From Oscarella lobularis (taxonomy: Eukaryota), in contig NC_089177.1 of the NCBI RefSeq assembly GCF_947507565.1, positions 426,648 to 490,647 on the forward strand: a stretch of 64,000 nt of DNA. The letters are read 5' to 3'. The position numbers were made by a program, and so were the translations under genes. Positions 1-13,600 of this stretch are shown here, piece after piece; the stretch's first letter is position 1; each line of letters starts with the position of its first letter. The notes beneath the pieces are model-generated. The model did not search any database. It saw nothing but the letters and a program-made list of their open reading frames with translations, and was not told the origin of the DNA.

Positions 1-3000
1 TCTTGGAGTGCGAGTAGATTCCTTTGGCCCATTCCGCGCTTTTTCTCGCCGTTTCTAGCTGAACGTCGGGCGTGTACGCGACGCCGGGAATGTCTAAGCC
101 CATAGAGGGATACAGCCAAAGAGGATTGAGCGAGGAGCCAAATTTATGACCGCTCAGACTAAGAACGCCGTCTAAGAAAAGAAAAATCAGATGTACTAAT
201 TTCACAAGACGGTTCGTACGTTCTCTGTTGAAACCGATCCGACGGACAAGTAGTCCTGTGATATCATCGTAGTCGTGATTAATGGAAATTTCCAGCGCTC
301 TTTGCAAATTAGCGACGCTCTATAAAGAAAAGGACAATCGGAAAAATGCATCGTTTAGAAAACGAAATTTCGCGTGATCTTACGTGTTTCAGAAGAAGTC
401 GAACCATGGGAACGTCGTGACGACTCGCAGCGACGCAAATAGGAGAGTTTCCTTCCAAGGAGTTGACATCGGCTCCCATCGACTCGATAAGACATCGAAC
501 AACCTGTACAATTAGAAAATAAAGTCAATTCCAACGCGCGCTCTCGTCGCAAACACGCACCGGTATCAGCCCCTCGGCAACGGCATATTGAAGCATCAGC
601 GTATTGAGATCGCGAAACAAGTAAAGACATTCAGTTGCTGCCTCCTGAAGATCTGTGAGGAGAAAGAGCCGTTTACACAGAGAACTTTAAAAACCACGAA
701 TAGGAGGACTGCGGATCTTATTACCGAATAACTGCCTGGTCTCCGTTCGCCCGTCGAGCTCGTTGAGTATGTTGAAGAAAATCAAATGAACCTTGTGCTC
801 GACAAATATTTTTCCCATGTTTTCGTCGTGCTGGGTCAACGCTAGAACAGTGAGGCAGCCCTGGGAATACAGGATAGCACGTTTTACGTCGCACTCCACT
901 TTATGTATACCTCGTGCTGAACGTCGTCACTGTCCTTGTGTCTCTCCATCGCCTTCTGTATTGCACTGGCAACTTTGTTCAAATGCGTAAGGCGCTCCTT
1001 TCCCATAGGATCGCGCAAATGGCACAGTGCTAGGCATCCGTTCTTCTGCACGACTGCTCAGAGAGAAAAACAATAATTTCTCATTCGGAAAAGGAATTCG
1101 CGAAGTACCCGAGCTGTTGAGATTCTTCTCCATCGACGTCAGAACGCATCGTTGCGCTCCGGCCTCGTTTAGCTTGTGAATGAAATAAGCGCCGTGGTTT
1201 TCTCGTTTGCCGCGTTTGCTTCCTTTCTCTTTATCATCGTCCTTCTCTTCTTCGCCTCCGTCTTCCTCCGCCTCCTCGTCGATCAATTTGCGCGCCGTTA
1301 CAGCCATAGCGGAGAGCGCTTCTAGTGCCATCTCCTGCAAACGTCGAACGTCTTGAAATTTCAACATGACATCGAGAATAGAGGTGTATAGAAGAGGACC
1401 AAAGCCATCAATAGCTGTCAAAAAAAAAAAGGAGAAATGATTGCGACGCACGACATTGCTTCTATATGTCCCTACAATGCTCGGCGAGGCAGGCTATTCC
1501 TCCTATAGCTTCTTCAAGGACAATCGGGTCGTCGCAAAAACGCTTGAGCACTTTCTTAAATTGATCCAAAGCGCCGCATTCGCACAAAAAGCGTTTTGAT
1601 TCCGAACTATAGTAGAGCGTAGACGGCACGCGCTTTCATGCCCCCGTGTCCCCCTACAGTACCTGCCAACGGACAGTCCTCTGAGCGCTCGACAACCCCA
1701 CTCCTGCGCTTCGCGATCTTTCTTGTGCCATTTCATGCCGACTATGACGGAGAGCTGCGCCCCGGATTTCACAAGCAAATTCTGCAATCGAGCTATATAG
1801 AGACAAGGAGTGAGACTCCGGTTTCGCTTTCTGGGCGGCCTTACAACAGCCAACAGTCATATTGAAAAGGGCGCTGCATGCCGCTTTGAAGATGTGCACG
1901 TCTTCGCTGTACGACATGATTGCGTACATCAACGTGCGATGCAGAAGGAACCTGAAGTATCGACTCTCGATGATCGGACCGCGCAAAAATTGAACGAAAC
2001 TTACTGCAAATCGTCCTCGTTCTCGTCGCCTTCGTCTTCCCCGCTTCTGTCGTTATCGGTAAAACTAACGTCGCCTATTGAAGGCAGAGTGTCTTCTCCT
2101 ATAAATTCGGTGAGGTCCGGGCGGAGATTGAGCACTTTTGCTAGTGCCCTACACGCCGCTTCCTAAATTCAAATCTCATAAGGCGAACATCAGTTCGGAT
2201 TTCCTCAAACAAATAAACGCCGTCCGACCGACAGAGGCTACGGCGTTTAGTCGAGGATGCACGGCGCGCGCGTGTACCTGCACTCGCAAGCATTCATTTT
2301 CGAGACCACGATTACGATTCATCGCTTCGTAGACGACACTCAAGACGTCTTTGTCTGCCATTCCAACTTCCTTGTCCGCCTCCGCTAATTAGGGACACCC
2401 CCGCATCGAAAAAGCGTCCCATAGACGAAAAACAACTTACCCAAGTAGTCAATAAGACTGCAACCGAACTCCTGAATCTGAGACTCGTCTGGAAACTCCT
2501 TCATTGCATTCAGGACGACCTCCATCGCGCGACGATCGTCGACCAGATACATTAGCTGACAGAAATGCTGGGACACTAGACAAAATCCGCGGTCAATATA
2601 AAAAGACCGTGGGGGATTCTGTTCCTCTTAAACGTCTAAGTACTTTCAACATTGCAGCACAACGCTTCGAGTAATCCGCATCCGGCTGCGACAACTTTCT
2701 TCGAGCTTCCAAACTGCTCCTGTTCCAACGTGTCGATGACGAGAGCGTGAGTGCTCTCGTCTCGAAGTCCGTCGACGTCCAAATAGAGCGTCTGAGATCG
2801 TTCTGTATAAAAAAAATCATATAGCAAAAATTAACATGCTAATTACATAAGCTAATTACACAACTACTAATGCTCGTGGGGTACGCTATTTAGCGGGGTC
2901 TGGCCCTCGTGCTCTTATCCCACTCGCCGTAGTTGTGTAACATATACTTATTATATCTTGCCTGAGGACACGAGCGCTCTTAGGGCCCAGCAGATTTGCT

Positions 3001-3937
3001 CTACGACTTCCTCAACGGCTATATACTCTCGAAACACGTCGAGGATAACTTTACGATGGTCGGAACGAATCCATCTCTTTTGCAAGGGAACGTCTACGCA
3101 AATAGATTAATTTTTTGGCTAGGGTTTTTCGAATTATTGTTTTTTTTTCGCCTTCGTCTATGAGATAGGCGATCGCCTTGCAGGCGTTCGACACCACCGT
3201 CGAATTGGTGCCGTGTTTTTGAAGGGCGACGAAGGCCAAATCGGCGACCGAAGCGTCGATCATGTGACTTCGATTTGTCGGCGCGACGGAGAGACAGGCG
3301 AGCGCTTCGCATGCGAGCGCCTGGAGGCTTTCGTTATCGGCAAAACGTTCCATGCAACAAACCACGTTTCTGCGAAGAAATATCGAAAAATTTCGATTAA
3401 TAATTATTCGTATTAAATTTATTCATTTTTGTTTATTCATTCATTCCGCCCTCTCCCCACCCACTCAAGTCCCCTTTTACCGATATCCTTTCAGGGTCTC
3501 CATTCGATCGCGTAGATCTTCGTTCGCTTGAATTAGCTCGGCAATTGCGTAACAAGCGGCCTAAAATCGCAAAAAATAGCTAAAGAAATGCGACAACGGG
3601 GTCCCCGCCCGGCCTGACCCGTTGCACGGTCATGTCGAATTCATTCTGATTCATTGCCTTTAGTATGAGCTCATCGGCCGGGCTGCGGCCGCGGCTTTCT
3701 CTTTGATCCGCGTTGTACGCCGCTATGACGCCAACGCTGTCCTCTGTAGAAAAGAGCGCGCGCGCGAACTCACCTCGCGACCGCGGCGAACCCATTTCTT
3801 TTCTTACCGTTCGATGCGAATTCGGCAAGTGCCTGAATTGCTGCTGCAAGTCTCGTTGCGTTGTCGTCGTTCGCGTAGACGGAGAATTCGAGTATTGAGA
3901 GCGCTTCGCGAGCGCTTTTGATGTCGTGGTGCGTCAT
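1..3937 (-). CDS. Armadillo/HEAT-repeat protein, multi-exon (8 or more exons). The start codon is near 3937, and the 3' end may run past the window start.
   Basis: The minus-strand exon series has ARM-like helical repeats. Exon 1 reads MTHHDIKSAREALSILEFSVYANDDNATRLAAAIQALAEFASNG and is followed by gtaag. The 3051..3365 ORF holds LQALACEALACLSVAP...KAIAYLIDEGEKK. The 2385..2576 ORF holds AMEVVLNAMKEFPDESQIQEFGCSLIDYLGK. The 1654..1986 ORF holds ALFNMTVGCCKAAQKAKPE. An acidic linker covers 1200-1300. Short GT-AG introns sit between the exons. No specific family was recognised. Confidence 0.4.
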
Positions 3938-4678
3938 TTCGCCTCGACGGCTCGTGTAGTGTTTCCGTTGCGGTGACGCTAGACGCCTAAGGTCTTATAT
4001 GAGCGGCTCCTCGAGTTTTCGATCCGGATTTGCACTCGATTGAAACTTTAGCGCGCTAGGTTCCGTTGACTTCTCTTGGGAGTCTGCTGTCGAAAGTGAA
4101 GAGCGAGTTCTTCGGATACCCTGTCGTGACGCTCGTTGTTCTGATTTGATTTCGACTGTCAGAGTCTGTATACTTGTAGCATAGGTCACCCGATGAAAGC
4201 TCACGTGCCGCACTCACGTGCGTCTGTGTGCACAGCCAGAACGAATTCGAAACTGGGAACAGAAGAAGAGCAATTTTCCACGCATCTTGGAGTTACCAAC
4301 TAGCTTTCTATTCGTCGGCAGATAATTAGGCCGGGAGGCGGGAGTCCCCTCTTGTTCTAGTTCGTATCACGTGCCTGACTACAGTTGCGCAACCATTTCC
4401 GTTTTCGATATTGGTTCACAGGAAAAAGAAATTGCAAATGTCAGTGTAGCAATCCTTCGCGTAGTCTGTCTTTGCAACAACGATTTTCCCCCTATTGCAA
4501 AAAGAAATTCTAAGCGCTAAAAGCGCAGAGCTACCAAGACTTCCCCTAAACGCTACAACAATTAAAACTAATAGTATCATAATGACCAGAAACATTAGAC
4601 GTCCGTTTCAGATGGAGTGGCGTTTCCTCGTACGGATTTCCTACCACCCTAAAATATTTCTCCCATGTCATTGGTACA

Positions 4679-7600
4679 CTAGTAGCGTTTGGCCCCTCTT
4701 ACCGATGGCGAAGTCTTTCCACTAAAGAGAACGAGTCGACTTGCTACGTTTCCCTTGGGAGGAAGCTCCGGTGACTTCGATGATCTGGATTTCTCGTTGG
4801 ATTTTGGACTAAATGCCTCCATTCTACTGTCGGACGCTCGTTGACTACGAGGAGATGCCGACAAACTGCGACGGCTGTCCGCATTATTGCACGCCACCCC
4901 CGTCACCGTCGCCGCCGCTGCCGCCGTCTCCTTCACCGGACTCAATTCTTCCGGTAGAATCGACTCAACGCGAAACTTCGGCACGACGTCCGGCTTCTGT
5001 TCGGCAATCTCGATGACGAGTTCCGTCAGGCATTGAGACGTCGCGACACCGACGACCGGAGTTTTTCCAAACGTTAAGTCGGCGACGTCGAGAGACGACG
5101 GCGCTCGCTGACGTTTCGGCGTATCCGTTTCCCGCGGCGGCTTCGGCGGCGGCGGCGGCGTTTCCTCAACCGACGACGGTTCCGGCGACATGGCCATGAC
5201 GTAGGACGGCGGTCGAGGAGGCTTTGGCGGTTTCTCCTGCATGTCGTCGCCAGAGCCGTCGTTCTTTGATCGTAATTGCACAGTGACGTCGGTCACCGGC
5301 TGATAAAGCGGCGACGTTGCCGGATTAATAGACGAACTGGATCGATTTTGGGACTTGGGCGGTAGCGCGGGAACGCCGCCGCCCTCCGCCGACGGGAGAG
5401 GAAGACGAGTGCTCTGATCTGTCGTTTGACGACGCAACAGCTTCGGCGATGGATTGCCTTCGCTGCCGTGGGGAATTGGCGGCAACGGATCAATGGGTCT
5501 TCGACGCACACTCTCCCCACGACCGACGCTCTGGTCGTCGTGAAAGGAGAGGTACTGTTTACTACACGAGACGAGAAACGTCGACTGAAATAAAAGTACC
5601 GGCAAAATACGTATCATAAGCCCATGAGCGTATTAAAACAGAAAGGAATAAGGAAAAGCTTGTATGTATGTATACACTACATCATGGGCTTATTGGGAGA
5701 ATAGCTTACCTATCAGGACGCGAAGCGGTTGAAAATGTCATGCTGCTCCGAGTGATTCCGGCACCACCACTTCCGCCTTCGTGACTCTCCGGCGCTCGAA
5801 AGCGCATCGACTGACCTTGTCTGCTCAACACCGTCCCGCGATCACGAAACTCCTGAGAAAAAGAGATCGTCCCAAGCGAATGCGACGCTGTCGCCGCAGT
5901 GGCTTACGACGCTCTGACGACTAATACTGCTGGTGCGACCGCCGTACTTGCGTTTCACTTTGCCGTACATCTCTTCCATCTTATTCTGCAACGGCATGAG
6001 GGTCTCCGGCGCGTGTCGACTGTGGACAACTAAGCCTTCGCCCAGAATCTTAACCTAAAACCACTCTAGTCCGACAACTTCTCAAAGCGTTTAGTCTACC
6101 AACCTGTTCCGTAATGACTGTTGTTAGGACGTTGATGTACTCGATGTGCTCGGGGCGAGCGCGATGATATTCTCGAACCAAGAACGCCTGTTCGTATTTG
6201 GCAACGCCGCCGTTGACGGCCGCGTCGATGACGCCGTTGAGTTTCATTCCGAGCGACTTGATGCCTTGTTCCGGGTCGGCCTCGCACTGATCGATGTCGC
6301 GTCGCAATTCCTGATTGCGATTTGCAACCGATTCAATTGCATTTTCGATGGGACATATTTCCACCTTTGGAGGACAAAGAGAATTGAAAAAGAGCTTACC
6401 TCAAGAAAATAAAAATACCGTTTTAAAAGGATGATGCACTTCTGACCATCGAAGAATGCCGGGCAAACTTTCCATTGTCTGATACGTCGTCCTTTCAATC
6501 CATAGCGTCTAAAAGAAAGGTGCATACAACGTGCGAAAAATTTCGTTTCGTTTCTCCTACAGCGAATTCGTTTTCCTTGTCTTTAGTGCCGCGATGAAAG
6601 GGTCGATCGACTTGGAAGTGGTCAACGTTGATAGCAGCGTGGAATCTAAGAAAGAAAGGATGGAAATTGATGCCTTCCCCCCTTAAACACCGTTTCAAAA
6701 TAGGTACTCTCGAATCGTCTCCGGCACGATAACGTCGAGTCGATCCTCGTGAACCGGATCCACAGTGCACGTTTGAATGACTAAAAAGGGAAAGAGAATC
6801 GTGACAAATCCGGCACGAAGTTTTTAGCTCACATTGGCCAGCCGAAGCCATTGTGTCCTCTCCAGGCGGACCGCTTCTCTTCATCAACTAAACGTACGCG
6901 TGACGCACGTATCGCATCTATAATAAGACAACACTTGCCTGAGCGTGGGGAAATTCGGCTAGAAGTCGATGATTGAAGTCGCCGATTTTCTCGTACTCCC
7001 CTCCGCGGTATATAAAAATTTTGTTCTATAATGAAAATTTTGTTTTACACCAAGTCACAGACACGACTGGCCCTTCTACACAACATACCCGCAAAATTGA
7101 CGGAAATCCTTTCCCGAAAAATCCAACTCTGTAATAGGCCGACGGAGCTCTAACGTTACCCGCAATTTTGTCGTAGAAATCCGCTACATTGCGCTGAAGA
7201 AACAAAGTTAGACAGCATATACGGTACTAAGATTTTTCTCACGTAAATCTTGCTGAGTCGAGCGTAATCAAAAACCGTTTCGTAGTGCTCGGCGACTTCT
7301 TTGCTTCGAGCAATGCTGTGTTCCCACAGCTACGGATAGAAAGTGAGAGAGAAACGTGCGAGTGCCGCGTAGCCTCTTACCTTTCCCTTGTCCAAATAGT
7401 CGATTATGTCGTGGTAGAGCATCTCTTTGAGTTCGCCCTCCGTCGTCGCTGACTGATACTTTCCGGGTGGTCGGGAGGTGAGAACTGCCGCGGACCACTA
7501 GAGATGCCGGCGTTGAGAGCGTAAGTAAAGCAACATAAAGTTCGTTTCGTACTTCGAGTTTTTTCGCGTGAAGCAGAAGGGTAAACGCCGCCTCGCTGAA

Positions 7601-10600
7601 GTGTCCAAATTTGAGATGCATGTCGCACAATTTGTAGATGTATCTGACGAGAGAAACAGAATGAGGTAGAAACGACTTCACTGAGCGCCCAAGTACTCAC
7701 CTGATGTACATCTCTTCTCTTTCCATTTCTCGATACAATTGCTTGAAAAGAAAATCAGAGAAAGTCAGCAGAAAAAATGCGCTCAAAACGTACCAACAAA
7801 TTAAATATGGTCGACATGCGCAGATTGCGATGCTCGTCTCCATCTGGCACGTTTCTGAACAGAGAGCGACGATTACAAATGCATAGTAGAAAAGCGTCAA
7901 TCTACCGAAAGTCAAGAAGCCTTGAAAGCAGCTGCGTAATAGAATCAATGGACTGCTGAAGCCCCGCCTTGAGCAAGCCTGAATACCGCTTACTTTCGCT
8001 CGTCAATCTTTTAGTCAAAGATAGAGACTCGGAAAATCACTACCACTACGACTTCTACTACATTTCGCTGAGAAGATCCTTGTAGTGATCATCGGCGCGG
8101 CCAGCTGTGCTGACGTAGGTGTCCAACTTGTCGATGAGCTCCGTCTCGACTTTACGAAAATCTCCCGTCGATCGAAGCTCGCAGTCGAGCGTGTCTAAAA
8201 ACACTCGTATCGTTCTGCGACGAATATCTAGAGGAAAACATAGCAAAAAACGTCCGCGCGAAAGTCGTTTGCAAGAACTCGCCCGCGTGTTGGATAAGAG
8301 ACATCTCGACGAACGGACCAACCAATTCAGGAACGAAATTAATTTTGTAATCGCCTAGAGAACTAGAGTAAGAACGTCCCCCCCTCTTCCTCTACCACTT
8401 TACCGAGTCGATCCCAAATATTCAAAATTTGACGATTCATGACGACGCGCATGTCGCCATAGCGCTGAAGAAGACGACTCGCCTTGGGCGACGTCATCGT
8501 TTCGATTTGAAGCGACTCCTGCGTCACGAAGGCGACTCCCAAGTGAAAGTACTTGTTCCACACCGTACAGTTGAACTTCTCGCCGACCATGAAATGAATC
8601 AGCAGAGCCTCGGACAGATACGTGATCGACGTCAGAAGAGTGCTGAAAGTCAGGGCGGTGAGCGCGGTTTTTCGAGAGAGATCTCGTCCTCTGCCACCAA
8701 CCTGTTCTGCAACATGCTCATCGTGAACCAATCGTGCGGAAACGGCGATCGCGAAACGAGGTCGTAAAACACGTCGAAGATCAAGCTAACGAATTCCTAA
8801 AGAGCCGATCGTTACAGAGCAGGGAACGAGAAGTCCGACGATGCATACCCTCAATTCGACAGGCGACGAGAAGCGGCGAACGTAGTCGTGAAAATGCTGA
8901 GAGTCCATCAGTTTGAGAAGAGCCAAAAGAACCGAGGTAAGTTGAACCTACACGGAGCGAGAGCTTATAAAATCATGCGATCGCAACTAATGAACTAAAT
9001 GAAGGAGAGCAACAAGGCAAACTCACAGACAAGCTGCTGCTGCGCTCCATCCCAGCCAGTGTTCTCAAGATCGTTTTTAAGAGACACTGAACGACGACTG
9101 TCACGTTGTCGCGAACCGGTCCCTTAATTAAAAATAATCAAAAACATTCTACCCGGCGATTATGAACGTACGACGTCTCTGCTCTGAAACGTTGTCAACA
9201 TTTCGGCCAGGATGTCGATGCACTGAGGCAGTTCTTCGCGCTGATCCAACCGAGCGTCCAATTGAACGACGACCATGGGCATGAGAATCTCGCGAGCGTC
9301 TTTGAAGGAAATAACGTCAAGAAAGTAAGAAAGGTCCAGAGAAGCTCGTCGACTACCTGGATTACGAAAGAGTTCGTTGCTGACTATGAATCGTACTGAA
9401 AGCATTTTGAATCGAGTCATTCGATGGCGAGGAATGCTGCTGATGAAGTCGACGACAACTTTGCTAAATGAAAAAATTAGACGCTTTAATTTTTCCGTCT
9501 TTCTTTTTTACCTTAGTTCAGGAACGTCCATCACCTGCTTAAGATCTTGGAACGTCGACGGAAAATGTTGCAGTGCTGCAGCCTGCAGAAAAAGTTTGGT
9601 GGGTTTTTGTCTCCCAGGCAATCTTTCTCTGTACCTGAATCGGTGTGATGTATTCTTTCTCTTTTGTATCTGAATCGAGCAGCATCATCGCGGTGAAGCT
9701 GTGGAAGAAGGCGTGCAAAGCGTGTTTGAATTCTGCTAAGCCTCTGCCACGTGTCGCTCTAAAAAACAGCAGTGATATATCGAAGCTACTACCTCTTGAG
9801 AGTAAATCTCTCACTTGTCAAAAAGAATTCTTGATCGCACCACGAAGCGGAAGATGTACTCCAGAGCCTACAGGACAGTAAAGACACTACCAGATTTCAA
9901 TAGTAACAGTACTCTCATAGTCTTCAATAAAGATGCCGATCGAAATGGCTCGTCAGAACAATCAACCTGATGTCTCAAGAACTTGAGCAATTTCCTTGGA
10001 AAAAAATATTGTTGAGAAAACAGAGTCTCTCTACGTTCTCATCCACAACTCACATGTTCGCCGTCGCGTTGCTAAATAGTTTATCTATGTACGATTCCAA
10101 GACCGGTCGGAAGTGATGATACTTCCGATCAGAAAGAAGGCCAATGATGTAAACCTAGACAAAGCAGGTTTCTCAGAATTCGGACTGTATGCCGAAAACA
10201 ACGTGACGAACATCCGATGCCGTAATCAACGTGACGGACATCCGGACTAGATCACAAACCGAAGGGAAGTACGAGAGATCAGGTCAAGCATCCCTTCCTC
10301 TCGCGTTCTCGCTTAAATAATCGTCAATCGACGACCGCGAGCACAACTCTCTCACAACCATGAAGACCCTATCCGGTCTCGTCCTAATCTCCGTCGCGAC
10401 TCTTATTTGCGACGCGAGCGACCAATGCGATGTTGATAGCTACTTTTACGGCCAGAACAAAGGCAAGTATGGCAAATTGGCGAAGAAAGTGTCGTTTGTC
10501 GCCACAGTTAGAGTCAGTAATATCACGGACAACAGGGGCAAGGTGGACAACAGGGGCAAGGTGGACAACAGGGGCAAGGTGGAACTGTTGTGCCTCATCC

Positions 10601-13600
10601 ACGGCATTAGGCCGCCGTTACAGTTTACTGCAACACTTCTTATTGATTATGCAAAAGCCTGTGGCCACGGTTTTCCAACAATCGAAATTGCGTTCGTCGC
10701 GATAGACAGCGCGACCGATTACACGGTTAGAGTCGGTGTGCCGCTTACGGTACGTGCGCCCGGCGCTGAAACAATTACAAATATAACTTTTGAACGAAAC
10801 GTATAGGAAGAACAAACGATCAAATCGGAAATTCGATCAAATGCAGCCGACACGACCGTCGTCGTTCGACGACCGGATGCTCGCGAGTGTCGCGGGGCCC
10901 CAATGGGAAACGACTGGTTTCTCGTTATTGGCGACTGCGTCAAGCCCTACAACGCGTCCGCGTTACGCGTTCGCGTTGACGGTTCGGAAGACGAAAGCAA
11001 CGTTACGCAAGTGGAGCGGCGATCGACTGGAAAGCGACACTTTGCCTTAGTCAAAGCGACGCTGAACGTGTACGTGTGGCCCAAGTGCATAGCGAGAGAC
11101 TTCCGTTCGTTGCACGCGTGCGAGACAATTTATCCGCGGAGTGTGAACTCTAGCGGTTCCTGTCTCGACGGAGCGGAACAAGGGGAGGGGAAACAGCTTA
11201 ACGGCAGCTGCCGAAAACCGTGCTCCCGTTCGGCGGTGTGTTGCAGCAGAGACGGCGAGAATTCCGCATCGTCGCAGAAAGACTGGCCCCTTCTCGTCTG
11301 CAACAACCTCCTTCACGGGCTCGGCAAAGTGACTAAGAGGAGTACTTGCATGCGATTCATGAAGATAGCCAACGGCGATCGCCGATGGATCAAAAATATC
11401 GTGGGCGAGTGACGTACTGTATGCGTATGCGTGTGCGTGTGTGGAAACGAAATATTGACTTACGATCGCTTCAAAGACGAGGTGCCCGTAATTGTCCGTG
11501 TGCTCGTCGAGGATAGCGAATAGAGCGTCGAATGTGTCTTGCAAAAACTAAAGCCCGTTGTGGTATCTTATATCCCACTTCTCTCCCCTCCGTACCTTGA
11601 CGATCTCTTCTCCGCCGACTTTCATCAGTGCTCTCAGGTTATTCTCCAACTTCTTCGGCTCGTTTCTCCACTTGAGCAATCCCAACAGATCGACTATAAT
11701 CATTAGACTTTTTTTATCTACGCATTTCTTTCAAAACTCTCGTACCGTTGTGGGTGAGTTTCGTCGAGCAGACGAGCGTCGCGATCGAAAACGTCTCCCG
11801 CATGCTCACCTGCATGCCGCTGGGCAATTCTCCGAGCAACGTTTTCCCAATCAAATCGTCTTTCAAGAAGCGAAGACGCAAGTAGGACACGTCCTTCAGC
11901 TTGACCTTATTTTCGCTCTAGAGAGAAAAAAACCCCGCTAGTCGATGACGTCGAAAACAGACGCGAGAAACTCACTCTGACGTTGTAGACGATCAAATCG
12001 TGACGAGTGTCTTGCAGCGTCGTTCCGTCCAAGTTCATGAGCTTGACGAACGCCAACGAATAGCCGTGCTTTTCGTTTTTACCTGAAGAGACGTCGCTAA
12101 AAGAAGACGCAACGTCTCCCGAAGTCAAAAAAACCTGGCCCAGAAGGATTCGTCGGTCGATGCCGAAAGGTAAAACGAAGATGACACGAGTAGAAGAGAT
12201 TGATGGGAATGGCAAGCTGAAAGAAGATCGCGTTATCCCGCCTCATCCCCGACCTACGTCCACCCTACCTTAACCGTCTCATTCCACTTGGGACTGTTGT
12301 TATGATACAAGATCAACGACTTGTATTGATCAACGAAGCCTTCGCCCTCGCCGGGACAAATGCAATGCTAGATTAACGTAGGTGTTTTTGGACTCTGCTT
12401 CCTAGGTGTATACTTGGTTTACCTGCATGACGTCTCCCGTTTCTGAAGAGACTATTTCTAGCGTCGCTTCGATGTTTTTCTCTGACGTTTTGCTGCCCTG
12501 CTGGAAGTCTCCGCCTTCCAGTGTTATATACAAATCGTTTCTGGATTCGTCTGAAGAGGAAATGCTATATGTTTGATGCGATTGTCGTCATCTCTTGTCG
12601 AGCGCACCGGGCATGATCACTTCGGGAAAGCCGAGCTTTCTCACAATAGCTGCATTTTCCTGAACCAGGTGCGGATAATCGTCTTTGACCGAAGACAACG
12701 AACCGTGAAGAAGTTTCAAAGACACAAACACTCCTAATAGGGAAAAATCGCGAAATAGAAACAATGGACACCTATCGGATACCGGAGCCGGACTGCTGCA
12801 GTGGCTTGTACTTATTTTGCACTTTCTTGATAATGTTCATATGGAGTTGAGAAAAAGAGTCTTCGTCAGCAGCTCTGAGAAGAGAGGCAGTTAGAAGTGT
12901 GTGGATATTTCTATCTTCTAATACTTACTGGAAAACGGGCAATCGGTGCTCTTTTTCTTCCTCCGCCGGACCGCCATCTCCGCCAACGAGAAAGTGTGAC
13001 ACATCCAAAACTAGAGCCATCCGCTCTATCCAAGTCTTACATATATATAATAGCGTGATTACCTGCACAAGCAAATGGACGCCTGTAGCCGGGTGAAAAT
13101 TGACGGACGTTAGATCGCGGATCCGAGCTTCCGCTGTATTGCATTTTGCCTGTACGAGAATAAAAAAATTATTCGGACCAATCTCGTACTTCTCTCCCTT
13201 CATACCAACTCGAATGATGTGACACACAAGATAGACGTCTGTTCGCAAATCCGAATTGCCAAGATCCTAATAAAGCCAAGCAGTCAAAACTCCAAATCTT
13301 CTTCTCATCATAGAACGACGCACAGTGAAAAGCGCACGCATTTTCCCCAGCTTGTCCATGTCCTTCGGAGATCCATTTCGACTCAGCTTCACAACGTAAC
13401 GCTCGCTGATAAAAAGGAATTAGAAAGCCCCCCCCAAAAGTTTTATATTGTTTTTAATATTTGGTCTCTAACCTGATATAGGATTGTTGATGGAGATCGA
13501 AGAGAGACAAAAAGACCTCCATGTCTTCGCCGATGATGCACACAACGCCGTTGAGATTCACCAAGAGATGATGCAACGCCGTCGATCTCATCTGCGGATT

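Noticed and set aside
2820-3000. AT-rich segment checked for a tRNA-like structure
   Set aside because: No convincing cloverleaf or conserved T-loop/D-loop boxes could be recognised by eye. It is treated as intron or intergenic.
4813-5016. Pro-rich + strand ORF
   Set aside because: It is antisense to the Pro-rich DOCK C-terminal exon and is a composition artefact.
11047-11544. 165-aa minus-strand ORF
   Set aside because: Only the first 26 or so codons (MQDTFDALFAILDEH...VSQYF, ending at donor GTAAGT near 11467) are DOCK exon. The remainder is intronic read-through antisense to the + strand ORF at 10903..11412.
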